Shown here: piece by piece, positions 48,681-57,940 of the stretch
How the letters are laid out: the number at the start of each line of letters is the position of its first letter
How positions within the stretch are numbered: position 1 is the stretch's first letter
Notes under the pieces: generated by a model
Database searches by the model: none
What the model was told of the DNA's origin: nothing
The model's input: the letters and a program-made list of their open reading frames with translations, nothing else
Source of the DNA: Candidatus Krumholzibacteriota bacterium
GTDB taxonomy: Bacteria > Krumholzibacteriota > Krumholzibacteriia > JAJRXK01
Assembly: GCA_963806035.1 (NCBI GenBank)
Contig: CAWDWO010000009.1
Coordinates: 1 to 64,000, forward strand
Length of the DNA: 64,000 bases
Reading direction: 5' to 3'
Position numbers and translations under genes: made by a program

Positions 48681-50669
48681 CTACGAGGGCCACGCCACTC
48701 GATACACGAGAATGAGAATTACCAGCCCCGAAATCAGGCCGAGCAAATAGGTTTGAATCCGTCCGGTCTGCAGGCCCCGCAGCGCACTGCCAAAGCTGCG
48801 CAGCAGCTCGCCCGTACCGTTCACCAGTCCGTCGACCACGGCATTGTCGAAAGCGCCGACGAGCCAACCGAGTGCTCGCGTGAAGTAGCCCACGCCATTC
48901 ACGATGCCGTCGACGATCAATTTGTCGAAGCCGGCAACGACCGAGGCCTTGGCCAGAGTTCCGCGAATGACGGTGTCGCGGTAGATCTCGTCGAACCAAT
49001 ACTTGTTCCACAGCAGGCGGTAGGCCCCCGGGAACGCGCGCTGCACGCGGGCACTGTCGATGAGCTTCGCCTTGTAAGTGAGCCAGGAAAGGAGAATCCC
49101 CAGGCCGGCGATGGCGAGCGAGGACCACATCGCAATGATGTGAGCGCTGTGATGCACTCCGTGCTCGGCGGATTCGTGCACGCCGGGATTCATCACGAAG
49201 CGGTGGAACCAGGCGGATCCCTGTGCGGTGAGCCCTCCCGCGACGACGGCGAGCGCCGCCAGCACCATGAGCGGAATCGCCATGCTCATGCCGACTTCGT
49301 GCGCGTGATCATACTTCTTCTCGTTGCGCGGCTTGCCGGTGAAGGTCATGAAGACGATGCGGAACATGTAGAAGGAGGTGAATCCGGCCGCGAGCAGTGA
49401 CATTGCAAAGGGCAGCCAGTGAACCGGGTGCTCCATCCCGAAGGCGAGCGCCGCGGCCAGAATGGCGTCCTTGGAATAGAAGCCCGAGAACGGCGGCACC
49501 CCGGAGATGGCCAGGGTGGCCAGGAGGAAAGTGGCGAAAGTGATGGGGAGCTTGTGCCTCAGTCCACCCATCTCGCGCATGTCCTGTTCGTGGTGCATGG
49601 CGTGGATGACCGCCCCACTCCCCAAGAACAAAAGGGCCTTGAAGAAGGCGTGGGTGGTCAGGTGGAACATTCCCGCGAAGACACCGCCCACGCCCACCGC
49701 CATCACCATGTATCCCAGCTGGCTGATGGTCGAGTAGGCCAGGCCGCGCTTGATGTCGGTCTGCACCACCGCCACCGTCGCCGCCCCCAATGCGGTGATC
49801 GCTCCCACGTAAATGATGAAGAGCAGCGCGCTAGGGGTGAACAGGGGGAAGAGCCGCGCGATCATGTACACGCCGGCCGCGACCATGGTGGCGGCGTGGA
49901 TGAGCGCGGAGACCGGAGTGGGGCCCTCCATCGCGTCGGGCAGCCAGATGTGCAGCGGAACCTGCGCGCTCTTGCCGATGCACCCCATGAAGAGCAGAAC
50001 CCCGGCCGCGGTCAAAAGGCCGCCCGAGAGCACTCCGCTGTGCACGCTCTCGAAGATGTGGGTGTAGCCAAAACTACCTGTCGTCGTGAAGAAGATCAAA
50101 ATCCCCAGCCAGAATCCGTAGTCGCCCACCCGATTGACCAAAAATGCCTTTTTCCCCGCATTGGCCGCCGAGGGTTTCTTGAAAAAGAAACCGATGAGGA
50201 GGTAGCTGGCCAAACCCACCAGCTCCCAGAAGATGTACAGGAAGAAGACATTGTTGCTGAGCACGATGCCCAGCATGGCGAAAGTGAACCAGCCCAAAAA
50301 CGCGAAGTATCGCGCGTAGCGTTCGTCGCCCTTCATGTACCCCATCGAGAAGACATGCACCCAGAAGGAGATGGTGGTGACCACCACCAGCATGATGGAT
50401 GTCATGCCGTCGACCAGGATGCCCGCGTCCACGTGGAAGCGCGCGATCTTGAACCAGGTCCAGCTCGCTTCGATTTTGTAGGCAGGATCGTCCAGGGCCC
50501 AGAAGTGGAAGAAGATGCGCAGCGAGAGGATCCAGGCGATGGCGAGCGCGGTCACTCCGATGAAATCACCGCGCCGCGGCAGCTTCTCCCCCAGGAAAAA
50601 GGTGAGAAGGTAACTGAGCAGCGGGAGCCCCAGGATGACGAGCGCCATTGTGATGATTTGTTGGTCCAC
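48681..50669 (-). CDS. nuoL: NADH-quinone oxidoreductase subunit L
   Basis: 'WELVGLASYLLIGF', 'GKSAQVPLHIWLPDAMEGPTPVSALIHAATMV', 'HAFFKALLFL'. Confidence 0.95.
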   Translation of the reverse strand: MDQQIITMALVILGLPLLSYLLTFFLGEKLPRRGDFIGVTALAIAWILSLRIFFHFWALDDPAYKIEASWTWFKIARFHVDAGILVDGMTSIMLVVVTTISFWVHVFSMGYMKGDERYARYFAFLGWFTFAMLGIVLSNNVFFLYIFWELVGLASYLLIGFFFKKPSAANAGKKAFLVNRVGDYGFWLGILIFFTTTGSFGYTHIFESVHSGVLSGGLLTAAGVLLFMGCIGKSAQVPLHIWLPDAMEGPTPVSALIHAATMVAAGVYMIARLFPLFTPSALLFIIYVGAITALGAATVAVVQTDIKRGLAYSTISQLGYMVMAVGVGGVFAGMFHLTTHAFFKALLFLGSGAVIHAMHHEQDMREMGGLRHKLPITFATFLLATLAISGVPPFSGFYSKDAILAAALAFGMEHPVHWLPFAMSLLAAGFTSFYMFRIVFMTFTGKPRNEKKYDHAHEVGMSMAIPLMVLAALAVVAGGLTAQGSAWFHRFVMNPGVHESAEHGVHHSAHIIAMWSSLAIAGLGILLSWLTYKAKLIDSARVQRAFPGAYRLLWNKYWFDEIYRDTVIRGTLAKASVVAGFDKLIVDGIVNGVGYFTRALGWLVGAFDNAVVDGLVNGTGELLRSFGSALRGLQTGRIQTYLLGLISGLVILILVYRVAWPS

Positions 50670-50680
50670 GGCCTGCGCCC

Positions 50681-50989
50681 CTAGTGCCTGAGACGGTCCA
50701 CTTGCTCCACGTGGACGGTCTGAAAGTTACGAAAGATGGCCAAGACGATGGCCAAGGCAACCGCCGCTTCCGCCGCGGCCAAGACGATGATGAAAATGGT
50801 CATGAGCTGACCGCTCAGGTCCGCCGCGCCATACCTTCCGAAGGCCACGAAATTGAGCGCGGCCGAGTTCAGGATGAGTTCGACGCCCATGAGCATGACG
50901 ATGGCATTGCGGCGGCTCATCACGATGAACAGACCGAGTGCGAAGAGGATCGCCCCCAAAGTCAGATAGTGGACGAGGCCCACGTGCAT
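50681..50989 (-). CDS. nuoK: NADH-quinone oxidoreductase subunit K
   Basis: 'RRNAIVMLMGVELILN', 'AAAEAAVALA'. Confidence 0.95.
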   Translation of the reverse strand: MHVGLVHYLTLGAILFALGLFIVMSRRNAIVMLMGVELILNSAALNFVAFGRYGAADLSGQLMTIFIIVLAAAEAAVALAIVLAIFRNFQTVHVEQVDRLRH

Positions 50990-51498
50990 CACCGGGTATC
51001 CTCCTTGTCTCGCTTTTCACGAATGATCATGGCGGCGCCGATCATCGCCACCAGCAAGAGGATGCTGGTGAACTCGAAGGGGAAGAGATACTGCGTCAGG
51101 ATCTTCTGCCCGAGGGCGGCCGTGGTGGGTTGCGACTCGCCGAGTGTCGCCAGAGGCCACGCGGTCCGAAAGATGGTCAGAAGCATCAGGGCCAGTACCA
51201 CGGCGGACACCGCCAGAGCCGGGACGGGCTGAACGAGTTCGTCGTGCAACTTCGTGCTCATGATGCGGTTGGTCATCATGACCGCGAAGAGCACGAGGAC
51301 GAGGATGCCTCCCACGTAGACGACGATTTGAGTGATGGCCAAGAAGTCGGCGCCCAGAAAGAGGTACATGGCGCAGACACCCAAAAGCGCGAAGAGCAGC
51401 GACATCCCGCTGTGGACGACCGAGCGGCTGAAGGCGACGACCAGGCCGGCGGCGACGGTGATCGCGGCGAAGAGATACCAGATGAGATCTCCGGTCAC
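50989..51498 (-). CDS. nuoJ: NADH-quinone oxidoreductase subunit J
   Basis: GTG overlapping the nuoI stop; 'QIVVYVGGILVLVLFAVM', 'YLFPFEFTSILLLVAMIGA'. Confidence 0.93.
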   Translation of the reverse strand: MTGDLIWYLFAAITVAAGLVVAFSRSVVHSGMSLLFALLGVCAMYLFLGADFLAITQIVVYVGGILVLVLFAVMMTNRIMSTKLHDELVQPVPALAVSAVVLALMLLTIFRTAWPLATLGESQPTTAALGQKILTQYLFPFEFTSILLLVAMIGAAMIIREKRDKEDTR

Positions 51499-52001
51499 TG
51501 CTCTCCCCCTTCGACTTTCGTAGCGGAAGAAGCGGCGGGAGCCGAAGCGGCGTCCTCGTCCTTCTTCTTGGGTTCCTTGGGAATCTTGTAGGGCACCACG
51601 GGCTCGTCGACGTACTCGTACACCAGCCGGCTGCGCTTGTAGAGCGAGTGGTCGTAGTCGTGGCTCATCGTGATGCAGTTGGTCGGGCAGGGCTCGGTGC
51701 ACAGAGAGCACCAGATGCATTTGTTGTAGTCGATCGCGAAGCGCGACATCGTCTTCTCTTTGCCCTTGCCCTCCATCTCGATGTAGATGCAATCGACCGG
51801 ACAGGCCTTGGCGCAAAGCTGGCACGCCGTACAGCGCGGCACGTCGTTGTGAACGAAGCCCCGGAAACGTTCCGGCAGCGACCAGCGTTCGTCGGGGAAC
51901 TGCTGCGTCACCGGTTTCTTGAAGAAGTACTTGATGGTGATCCGCATGCCCTTGGCGATCGAGCTCAGGCTTCGCTGGATGTCACCGGCTAATTTCACCA
52001 C
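51495..52001 (-). CDS. nuoI: NADH-quinone oxidoreductase subunit I (2x[4Fe-4S])
   Basis: 'CTACQLCAKACP' and 'CIWCSLCTEPCP'. Confidence 0.95.
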   Translation of the reverse strand: MVKLAGDIQRSLSSIAKGMRITIKYFFKKPVTQQFPDERWSLPERFRGFVHNDVPRCTACQLCAKACPVDCIYIEMEGKGKEKTMSRFAIDYNKCIWCSLCTEPCPTNCITMSHDYDHSLYKRSRLVYEYVDEPVVPYKIPKEPKKKDEDAASAPAASSATKVEGGEQ

Positions 52002-52031
52002 TTCGTCCTCGCTTGAGGCGCCTGCGCGCGC

Positions 52032-53078
52032 CTAGAACAAGACTTTCAAAAGACCAAAGACCAAGAGCAACACCAACACGATGGGAAGGAGCACCTTCCA
52101 ACACACCGACATCAGTTGGTCCACCCGCAGGCGCGGCAGGGTCCAGCGCAGCCACATCTGCAAGAACACCACGAGCACGCTCTTGCCCACGAAAATTACT
52201 GGCGCGGGAATGACGCGATCCAGCGCCGGCACGCCGGAATTCCAGCCGCCCAAGAAGACGGCCACCGCGATGGCCGCCACCGCGAACATGTCCGCGTACT
52301 CGCCCAGCATGAAGAAGGCGAATTTCATCCCCGTGTACTCGGTGTGGTATCCCGCCACCAGCTCCGATTCGGATTCCGGCAAGTCGAAAGGAATCCGGTT
52401 GACCTCGGCCAGAGAGGCGATGAGGTAGATCACGAAGCTCAAGAGCAGAAGAGGATGAAAAACGTGCCACTGCCAGATCCAACCGCTCTGGGCCTGGGTG
52501 ATGACGCCCAGGTTCAAGCTGCCGGTGGTCATCACCACGGGAATCACCGCCAAAGCCAGCGGAATCTCGTAGGAGACGACCTGGGCCGCTCCGCGCATCG
52601 CTCCGTAGAGGGCCCACTTGTTGTTGCTGCCCCAGCCCGCCATGATGATTCCGATGACGACCAGACTGCTGGTGGCGAAGGCGTAGAAGAGCCCCACGTC
52701 CAACTTCGCGCCCACGAAGCTCGGACCGAAGGGAAGCACCACGAAGGTGAGGAAAGCTCCGGTGAAACAGACCACCGGCGCGGCTCGCCACAGAATCTTG
52801 TCTGCGCTGGCGGGCGCGATATCCTCCTTGAGCAGAAACTTGATCCCATCGGCGATCGGCTGGAGGATGCCGTGCCAGTGCCCCACGTACATCGGGCCGT
52901 AGCGGGATTGCATGAAACCGGCGACCTTCCGCTCCGCCAGGCTGAAGATCATCACCGCGACGGCGACGCCGGCCAAAATGATCACCGCGATCGTGAGCAT
53001 CGCCATGCCCTGAAGGAGCGGCTGCGGCCATCCCGCGAAGATCCCCATGCTCTTGAACGCTGCGTAGAAGAATTCCAA
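52032..53078 (-). CDS. nuoH: NADH-quinone oxidoreductase subunit H
   Basis: 'ERKVAGFMQSRYGP', 'AQVVSYE', 'NRIPFDLPESESELVAGYHTEY'. Confidence 0.95.
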   Translation of the reverse strand: MEFFYAAFKSMGIFAGWPQPLLQGMAMLTIAVIILAGVAVAVMIFSLAERKVAGFMQSRYGPMYVGHWHGILQPIADGIKFLLKEDIAPASADKILWRAAPVVCFTGAFLTFVVLPFGPSFVGAKLDVGLFYAFATSSLVVIGIIMAGWGSNNKWALYGAMRGAAQVVSYEIPLALAVIPVVMTTGSLNLGVITQAQSGWIWQWHVFHPLLLLSFVIYLIASLAEVNRIPFDLPESESELVAGYHTEYTGMKFAFFMLGEYADMFAVAAIAVAVFLGGWNSGVPALDRVIPAPVIFVGKSVLVVFLQMWLRWTLPRLRVDQLMSVCWKVLLPIVLVLLLVFGLLKVLF

Positions 53079-53126
53079 GGCTGCCTTCGTCTCCTCTTTG
53101 CCCGGACCCGAGGGTCCCGCGGGCGC

Positions 53127-54320
53127 CTATCGGTCGATCTCTCCCAAGACCAGATCCAGGGACCCCACGGTGGCCACGAGGTCGGAGATCATCTGACCTC
53201 GGCCCACTTTCTCGATGACGCTCAAGTTGTGAATCGATGGGCTGCGCGTCTTGCAGCGGAACGGCACCGTCCCCCCGTCCGAAACGATCCAAAAGCCGAG
53301 TTCGCCCTTCGGGTTCTCCGCGCGGAAGTAGATTTCGCCGGGGGGAATCTTGAGGTTCTTGGGCATCTCCGCCATCACCTCGCCGCGCTTGGGCATTTGC
53401 TCGATGGCCTGGGCGACGATGCGGGTGGACTGTTCCATTTCATCCATACGCACTTTGTACCGATCCCAGCAGTCGCCCACCGTTCCCATCTTGCCGCTGC
53501 CCACCGCCGTCTCGAAATCGAAGCGGTCGTAGATGCTGTAGGGCTCGTCTTTCCTCAGATCGAAATTGACTCCGGCGCCGCGAAGCACGGGACCGCTGCA
53601 TCCGTAGTCGATGGCGTCCTGTCGATTGATCACGCCGACTCTCGCGGTGCGCTGGATGAAGATCTCGTTGGTGGAGAGTAGAGTGTCGTACTCCTTCAGC
53701 TTCTTGGGGAACATCTCCACGAAGAGTTTGATCTCCTCCATGGCATCGTCGGGGATGTCCCACTTCACTCCGCCCACGTCGTAGTAGGTATACATGAGGC
53801 GCGCGCCGCAGATTTTCTCGAAGATGTTGAGTATGGCCTCGCGCTCTCGAATGGCGTGGAGGAAGGGCGTGAATGCGCCGATGTCCAGACCATAGGTTCC
53901 GAAGGCGATGAGATGGCTCGCGATACGGTTGAGCTCGCCCACGATCACCCGCACGTATTCCGCATACTCGGGGATGACGACTTCCATCTCCGTCTCGCGC
54001 ATCAAGGCCTCGACCGCAAGACAGTAGGTCCAGTTGCAGTTCATGGCCGCGAGGTAGTCCATGCGGTCGGTGTAGAGCACGTACTGATGGTAGGTGTTTC
54101 CCTCGGCGATCTTCTCCGCGCAGCGGTGCAAATACCCCAGGTAGGGAACCACTTCGTTGACGATCTCTCCGTCGGTGGTGACGAAGAGTCGCAGCACCCC
54201 GTGAGTCGCCGGGTGCTGGGGACCCATGTTGATGTGCAGGAGCTGACTCTTCAGCGGCCGCGCCGTGTCATCGCTGCGCTCGACGGCCAGCTTGGTCGTG
54301 TCGCTCGGGTTGCGCGTCAT
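53127..54320 (-). CDS. nuoD: NADH-quinone oxidoreductase subunit D
   Basis: 'NMGPQHPATHGVLR', 'GYLHR', 'DRMDY', 'ENPKGELG', 'DLVLGEIDR'; no NiFe CxxC motifs. Confidence 0.95.
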   Translation of the reverse strand: MTRNPSDTTKLAVERSDDTARPLKSQLLHINMGPQHPATHGVLRLFVTTDGEIVNEVVPYLGYLHRCAEKIAEGNTYHQYVLYTDRMDYLAAMNCNWTYCLAVEALMRETEMEVVIPEYAEYVRVIVGELNRIASHLIAFGTYGLDIGAFTPFLHAIREREAILNIFEKICGARLMYTYYDVGGVKWDIPDDAMEEIKLFVEMFPKKLKEYDTLLSTNEIFIQRTARVGVINRQDAIDYGCSGPVLRGAGVNFDLRKDEPYSIYDRFDFETAVGSGKMGTVGDCWDRYKVRMDEMEQSTRIVAQAIEQMPKRGEVMAEMPKNLKIPPGEIYFRAENPKGELGFWIVSDGGTVPFRCKTRSPSIHNLSVIEKVGRGQMISDLVATVGSLDLVLGEIDR

Positions 54321-54916
54321 TCCTCTTCCGCCCCCCTCTTCTCACGAACCGCCAATGGGAGACCTTCCAGGGGCACCCCCTGCCACTCCTTGGGCATCTG
54401 ATAGTCTTTGCGAAGGGGCCAGCCCTCCCAGTCCTCGGGCAAGAGGAGCCGGCGCAGGTCCGGATGTCCTTCGAACTCGATCCCGTACATGTCGTAGGCC
54501 TCGCGCTCGTGCCAGAGAGCGGTGGGCCAGACCGAACTCACGCTGGCGACTTTGGGATTCTCGCGGCTGACCCTGACCTTCAGAACGAAACGTTCGCGCG
54601 CGCTGAGATTTTCCAGGTGATAGGACATTCCCAAGTTCCCGGTGGCCGGCTCCACGACCGGCTGGACCTTGCCGTCCTCGCTGTACTGCGCGATTGCCCG
54701 GTGCTTGCCGCGGCCTTTTTCATCCCAGCCTTCGAAGTCGATTCCGGCCGCGATGAGCAGGCGGTCGAAGCCCAGCTCCTCGCGCAGCACCCGCGCGACC
54801 TCACGCATGCGCGAAGCATCGATTTCCAGGTAGGGTTCGCCCAAATCGAATTCGCTGCTCAATACCGCTTTGGGGCAGCGCTTCTCGATGAGTTCTCGGA
54901 TTTCCGCAGGCGACAT
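54317..54916 (-). CDS. nuoC: NADH-quinone oxidoreductase subunit C (with ~30-aa insertion)
   Basis: 'WHEREAYDMYGIEFEGHPDLRRLLLPEDWEGWPLRKDY'; start moved to ATG 54916. Confidence 0.92.
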   Translation of the reverse strand: MSPAEIRELIEKRCPKAVLSSEFDLGEPYLEIDASRMREVARVLREELGFDRLLIAAGIDFEGWDEKGRGKHRAIAQYSEDGKVQPVVEPATGNLGMSYHLENLSARERFVLKVRVSRENPKVASVSSVWPTALWHEREAYDMYGIEFEGHPDLRRLLLPEDWEGWPLRKDYQMPKEWQGVPLEGLPLAVREKRGAEEE

Positions 54917-54941
54917 TGAGTTCGCTCCAAGATCTTCGCGA

Positions 54942-55571
54942 TCAATCGGGGATGGTGGTGATGTACTGATCGACCCACTTCGGCTTGCGCCACTTGCCCT
55001 TCTTCCCGCGGATCTTGTCCTGCAGGCGCATGAGGCCGTCGAGCAGTACTTCGGGGCGCGGAGGACATCCCGGGACGTACACGTCGACCGGCACCATGAG
55101 ATCGACACCCTTCACCACGTGGTAGCCGTACTTGAAGTAAGGTCCGCCGCCGATCGCGCAGCTTCCCATGGCGATGACCCACTTGGGATCGGGCATCTGG
55201 TCGTAGAGGCGCTTGATTCGCAGCGCCATCTTGGCCGTCACCGTTCCCGAGACGATCATCAAATCGGTTTGCCGCGGAGTGCCGCGCATGGCGCCCGCGC
55301 CGAATCGATCCATGTCGTAGCGCGTGCCCGCGGCCGACATCATCTCGATCGCGCAGCAGGCCAACCCGAAGGTCATGGGCCAGATGCTCCACAGGCGCGC
55401 CCAGCGAAACAACTCGTCCACCTTGCCCAGCATCACGTTGGAGGGCCCTGGCTCGGAAACGTCCTTCAAGTCCTCGTCGATCTTGAAGTCGAGCATGTGC
55501 TCCCACTTGGCGGGATCGCGCTCGATGTGGGGACCCTGCAGCCAAACCGGAGCCTTGGATTCATCCGACAT
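54942..55571 (-). CDS. nuoB: NADH-quinone oxidoreductase subunit B
   Basis: 'GLACCAIEM', 'MGSCAIGGG', '[14 protein letters not shown]'. Confidence 0.95.
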   Translation of the reverse strand: MSDESKAPVWLQGPHIERDPAKWEHMLDFKIDEDLKDVSEPGPSNVMLGKVDELFRWARLWSIWPMTFGLACCAIEMMSAAGTRYDMDRFGAGAMRGTPRQTDLMIVSGTVTAKMALRIKRLYDQMPDPKWVIAMGSCAIGGGPYFKYGYHVVKGVDLMVPVDVYVPGCPPRPEVLLDGLMRLQDKIRGKKGKWRKPKWVDQYITTIPD

Positions 55572-55574
55572 CAC

Positions 55575-56057
55575 TCACACCCCCTCCGGCTTGGCGCTCT
55601 TGTGGGCCGAGTGCGCATCGGCGGGATACTGCCCCGAGCTGTACCAGGAGAGGGATTCCACCTCGTCCTCGTCGCGGGGCGCCAGGCTTTTCACCCAGGC
55701 CAGGTCGCCCTTGGCCCAGACGTAGGCCAGACCGACCAGGAGGATGGCCACGAAGAGCACCATCTCCCAAAACACGAAGCTGCCCATCTGGGCCAGCATG
55801 TCCTTGAAGACCACGGCCCAGGGCAGAAGGAAGACCACCTCGACGTCGAATACGATGAAGAAGAGGGCCACCAGGTAGAAGCGCACGTTGAAGCGAACCC
55901 AGGGAGATCCCTCCGGAACTTCACCGCACTCATAGGCCATTTCGTCTTTGCGCGAACGCACGCGCGGCCGCAGCGCCCAGGAGATCGCCAGGGTGATGAC
56001 GGCGAAGCCCACCGAGAGCGCGAGAAAGACCAGAACGGTTGCGAAGCGACTGAGCAC
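55575..56057 (-). CDS. nuoA: NADH-quinone oxidoreductase subunit A
   Basis: 'YECG', 'FYLVALFFIVFDVEVVFLLPWA', 'WAKGDLAW'; GTG 56057 after AAAGGA. Confidence 0.93.
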   Translation of the reverse strand: MLSRFATVLVFLALSVGFAVITLAISWALRPRVRSRKDEMAYECGEVPEGSPWVRFNVRFYLVALFFIVFDVEVVFLLPWAVVFKDMLAQMGSFVFWEMVLFVAILLVGLAYVWAKGDLAWVKSLAPRDEDEVESLSWYSSGQYPADAHSAHKSAKPEGV

Positions 56058-56349
56058 CTTGATCGTTCCTTTGGACGGGCTCCTCAGCAGATTGCGCGAG
56101 AATCGGACCCGCGTCCCCTCGAGGAGAGCATCCATATAGAGCCCGCTTGCGAACTCAAGTCAAGCATGCATGAGCATCCATGCAAGCCGGGCCAAAACCC
56201 CTGGATCGCGCCAGTCAATTCGACTACCATCAAATCGTCGAATCGAAGCCGGGGGCGGCGGGCGAAACGGGTCTCTTCTGGCCCGCTACCAGGCCCGCTG
56301 CCAATGCCCGCTCAATGATAGAAGCGCGCAGCCCGAGGCCAAGCCCGCG

Positions 56350-56928
56350 ATGAACCCCAAGGGCGAAATGCAATTCCTCACCGAGGCCCTGCGGGTCCTC
56401 AACGAGCCCGCACGGCTGAAAATGGTGGGCCTTTTGGCCATGCGCCCGCGCTATGGCGAGGAGCTGGCGGAGATTCTCGAGCTTTCCCCGGCCACGATCT
56501 CGCACCATCTGCGGCGTCTGCGAGAGGGCAAACTCATCCGCTCGGTCAAGGAGCCGCCCTACATTCGCTATGAATTGCTGCCCGAGGTGCTCCCGCGCCT
56601 GGGCCAGCTCCTGGAAAGGGCCGGGGAGTGGGCCGCCGCCTTCGGGCTTCCCAGCGAGGAAGTGCTGACCCAGCAGGCCCTGCGCGGCGTGCTGGACGAG
56701 GAGGGGCGCGTGACCCGGCTTCCCCGGTCGCCGCGCCACCGTACGCTGGTGCTGCGCTGGATCGTCCTGCGCTTTCAGTCGGGGAGGATCTACCCTCAGC
56801 GCGAGGTGCGACGCATCCTGATGGAGGTGTGCCGCGACGAGGAGGACGTGCTGCGGGAACTGGTGGCGCGCGGCTGGCTGCAGCAGAAGGGCGGGGTGAT
56901 GCGCCGCACCGAGGAGGTCCCCGCATGA
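56350..56928 (+). CDS. ArsR-family wHTH regulator with C-terminal DUF2087-like domain
   Basis: 'RLKMVGLL..ELAEILELSPATISHHLRRLRE'; C-terminal 'LP....R.LVLRWI..F..GRIY..REV..L..LRELV'. Confidence 0.82.
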   Translation: MNPKGEMQFLTEALRVLNEPARLKMVGLLAMRPRYGEELAEILELSPATISHHLRRLREGKLIRSVKEPPYIRYELLPEVLPRLGQLLERAGEWAAAFGLPSEEVLTQQALRGVLDEEGRVTRLPRSPRHRTLVLRWIVLRFQSGRIYPQREVRRILMEVCRDEEDVLRELVARGWLQQKGGVMRRTEEVPA

Positions 56929-57344
56929 TCCGGGTCGTTGCGGTGGGAAAGCTCAAGGCGCGCTACTACCGCGAGGCGGTGGCGGAGTACGAACGACGCA
57001 TTCGTCGCTTCGCACGCGTGCAGCTGCTCGAAGTCCCCGATCGCGAGCCGCAGAGCGAGGGCCAGAGCCTGCTGGCGGCGGCCCGGGGAGAACCCCTGGT
57101 GGCGCTGGACGTGCGGGGAGAAGCCTGGGACACGCCCGCATTCGCGCGCTTCTTGAGCCACAACGCCAGCCCGTGCTTTCTGGTGGGCGGGCCGGACGGA
57201 CTGAGCCAGGAGCTGCTGCGCGGTGTCGCCCGGCGCCTCAGCCTCAGCCCTCTCACCCTTCCCCACGAACTGGCCCGCCTCGTCCTCACAGAGCAAATCT
57301 ACCGCGCTCTGACTATCCTGAAAGGACACCCCTACCACCGCTGA
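56925..57344 (+). CDS. rlmH: 23S rRNA m3Psi1915 methyltransferase (SPOUT)
   Basis: 'IRVVAVGKLK', 'FLVGGPDG', 'LTLPHELARLVLTEQIYRA..ILKGHPYHR'; ATGA overlap. Confidence 0.95.
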   Translation: MIRVVAVGKLKARYYREAVAEYERRIRRFARVQLLEVPDREPQSEGQSLLAAARGEPLVALDVRGEAWDTPAFARFLSHNASPCFLVGGPDGLSQELLRGVARRLSLSPLTLPHELARLVLTEQIYRALTILKGHPYHR

Positions 57345-57400
57345 GCGCGCCCCCCCGCGCCCTATCCTTCAGCCTCAAGCCCTGAAGGCCGGAGATCCCC

Positions 57401-57712
57401 ATGGAGAAGCCCTACCGCTATCACCTCCTTCCCTGCGCGGGACCCCGCTGCGGCGCCAAAACCGGCGAGCGTTTCAAGCGCCAGCTGAAGGAGCTTTTGC
57501 CCGATCGCAAGGCCCTCGGGGTGCGGATCAGCACCACCAGCTGCCAGGGACTCTGCGAGCACGGCCCCAACCTCTGCGTATACCCCGAAGGCGTTGTCTA
57601 CCACCGACTTGGCCCCGAGGATCTGCCACGCATCGTGGACGAGCACATCCGCGGCGGCTGTCCGGTGCGCGAGATCATGGCGCGCCGTGGCGAGGACCCC
57701 AAAGACGAGTGA
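57401..57712 (+). CDS. Thioredoxin-like [2Fe-2S] ferredoxin
   Basis: C-x4-C-x30-C-x3-C; 'CQGLCEHGP..VYPEGVVY..IVDEHI.GG.PV'. Confidence 0.9.
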   Translation: MEKPYRYHLLPCAGPRCGAKTGERFKRQLKELLPDRKALGVRISTTSCQGLCEHGPNLCVYPEGVVYHRLGPEDLPRIVDEHIRGGCPVREIMARRGEDPKDE

Positions 57713-57940
57713 GAAGACGTCCATTTGGTCCGGTTTTGGACCGTTCCTTGCTGCCACGAGGCAGCGCCGGGAATCCGGGGGGATTCCTGGCAACTTGCGC
57801 CATGTTCGGAAGTGCTGGGGCTCGCGCTGCACGATGCGGCCGCACTTCCGCATTCATCCTGCAAGTCTCGCGGAACTCAGCGAGGAATCAGAGTCCGCGG
57901 GCTTTATGGACAGAAACTCTGACAGGGGATCTCGCCAACC

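Noticed and set aside
44088..49400. 1770-aa plus-strand ORF
   Set aside because: Antisense shadow of nuoLMN and the beta-helix gene caused by high-GC codon bias; no motifs. The same applies to 2236-4101, 5337-6989, 9629-11206, 11845-13350, 52116-53681 and 59446-61368.
53127..55571. Group 4 [NiFe]-hydrogenase interpretation
   Set aside because: The large subunit lacks both CxxC motifs, and NuoB has the complex I tandem CC
57320..57400. Integration site at the rlmH 3' end (SCCmec-like)
   Set aside because: No recombinase, att repeat or compositional shift downstream
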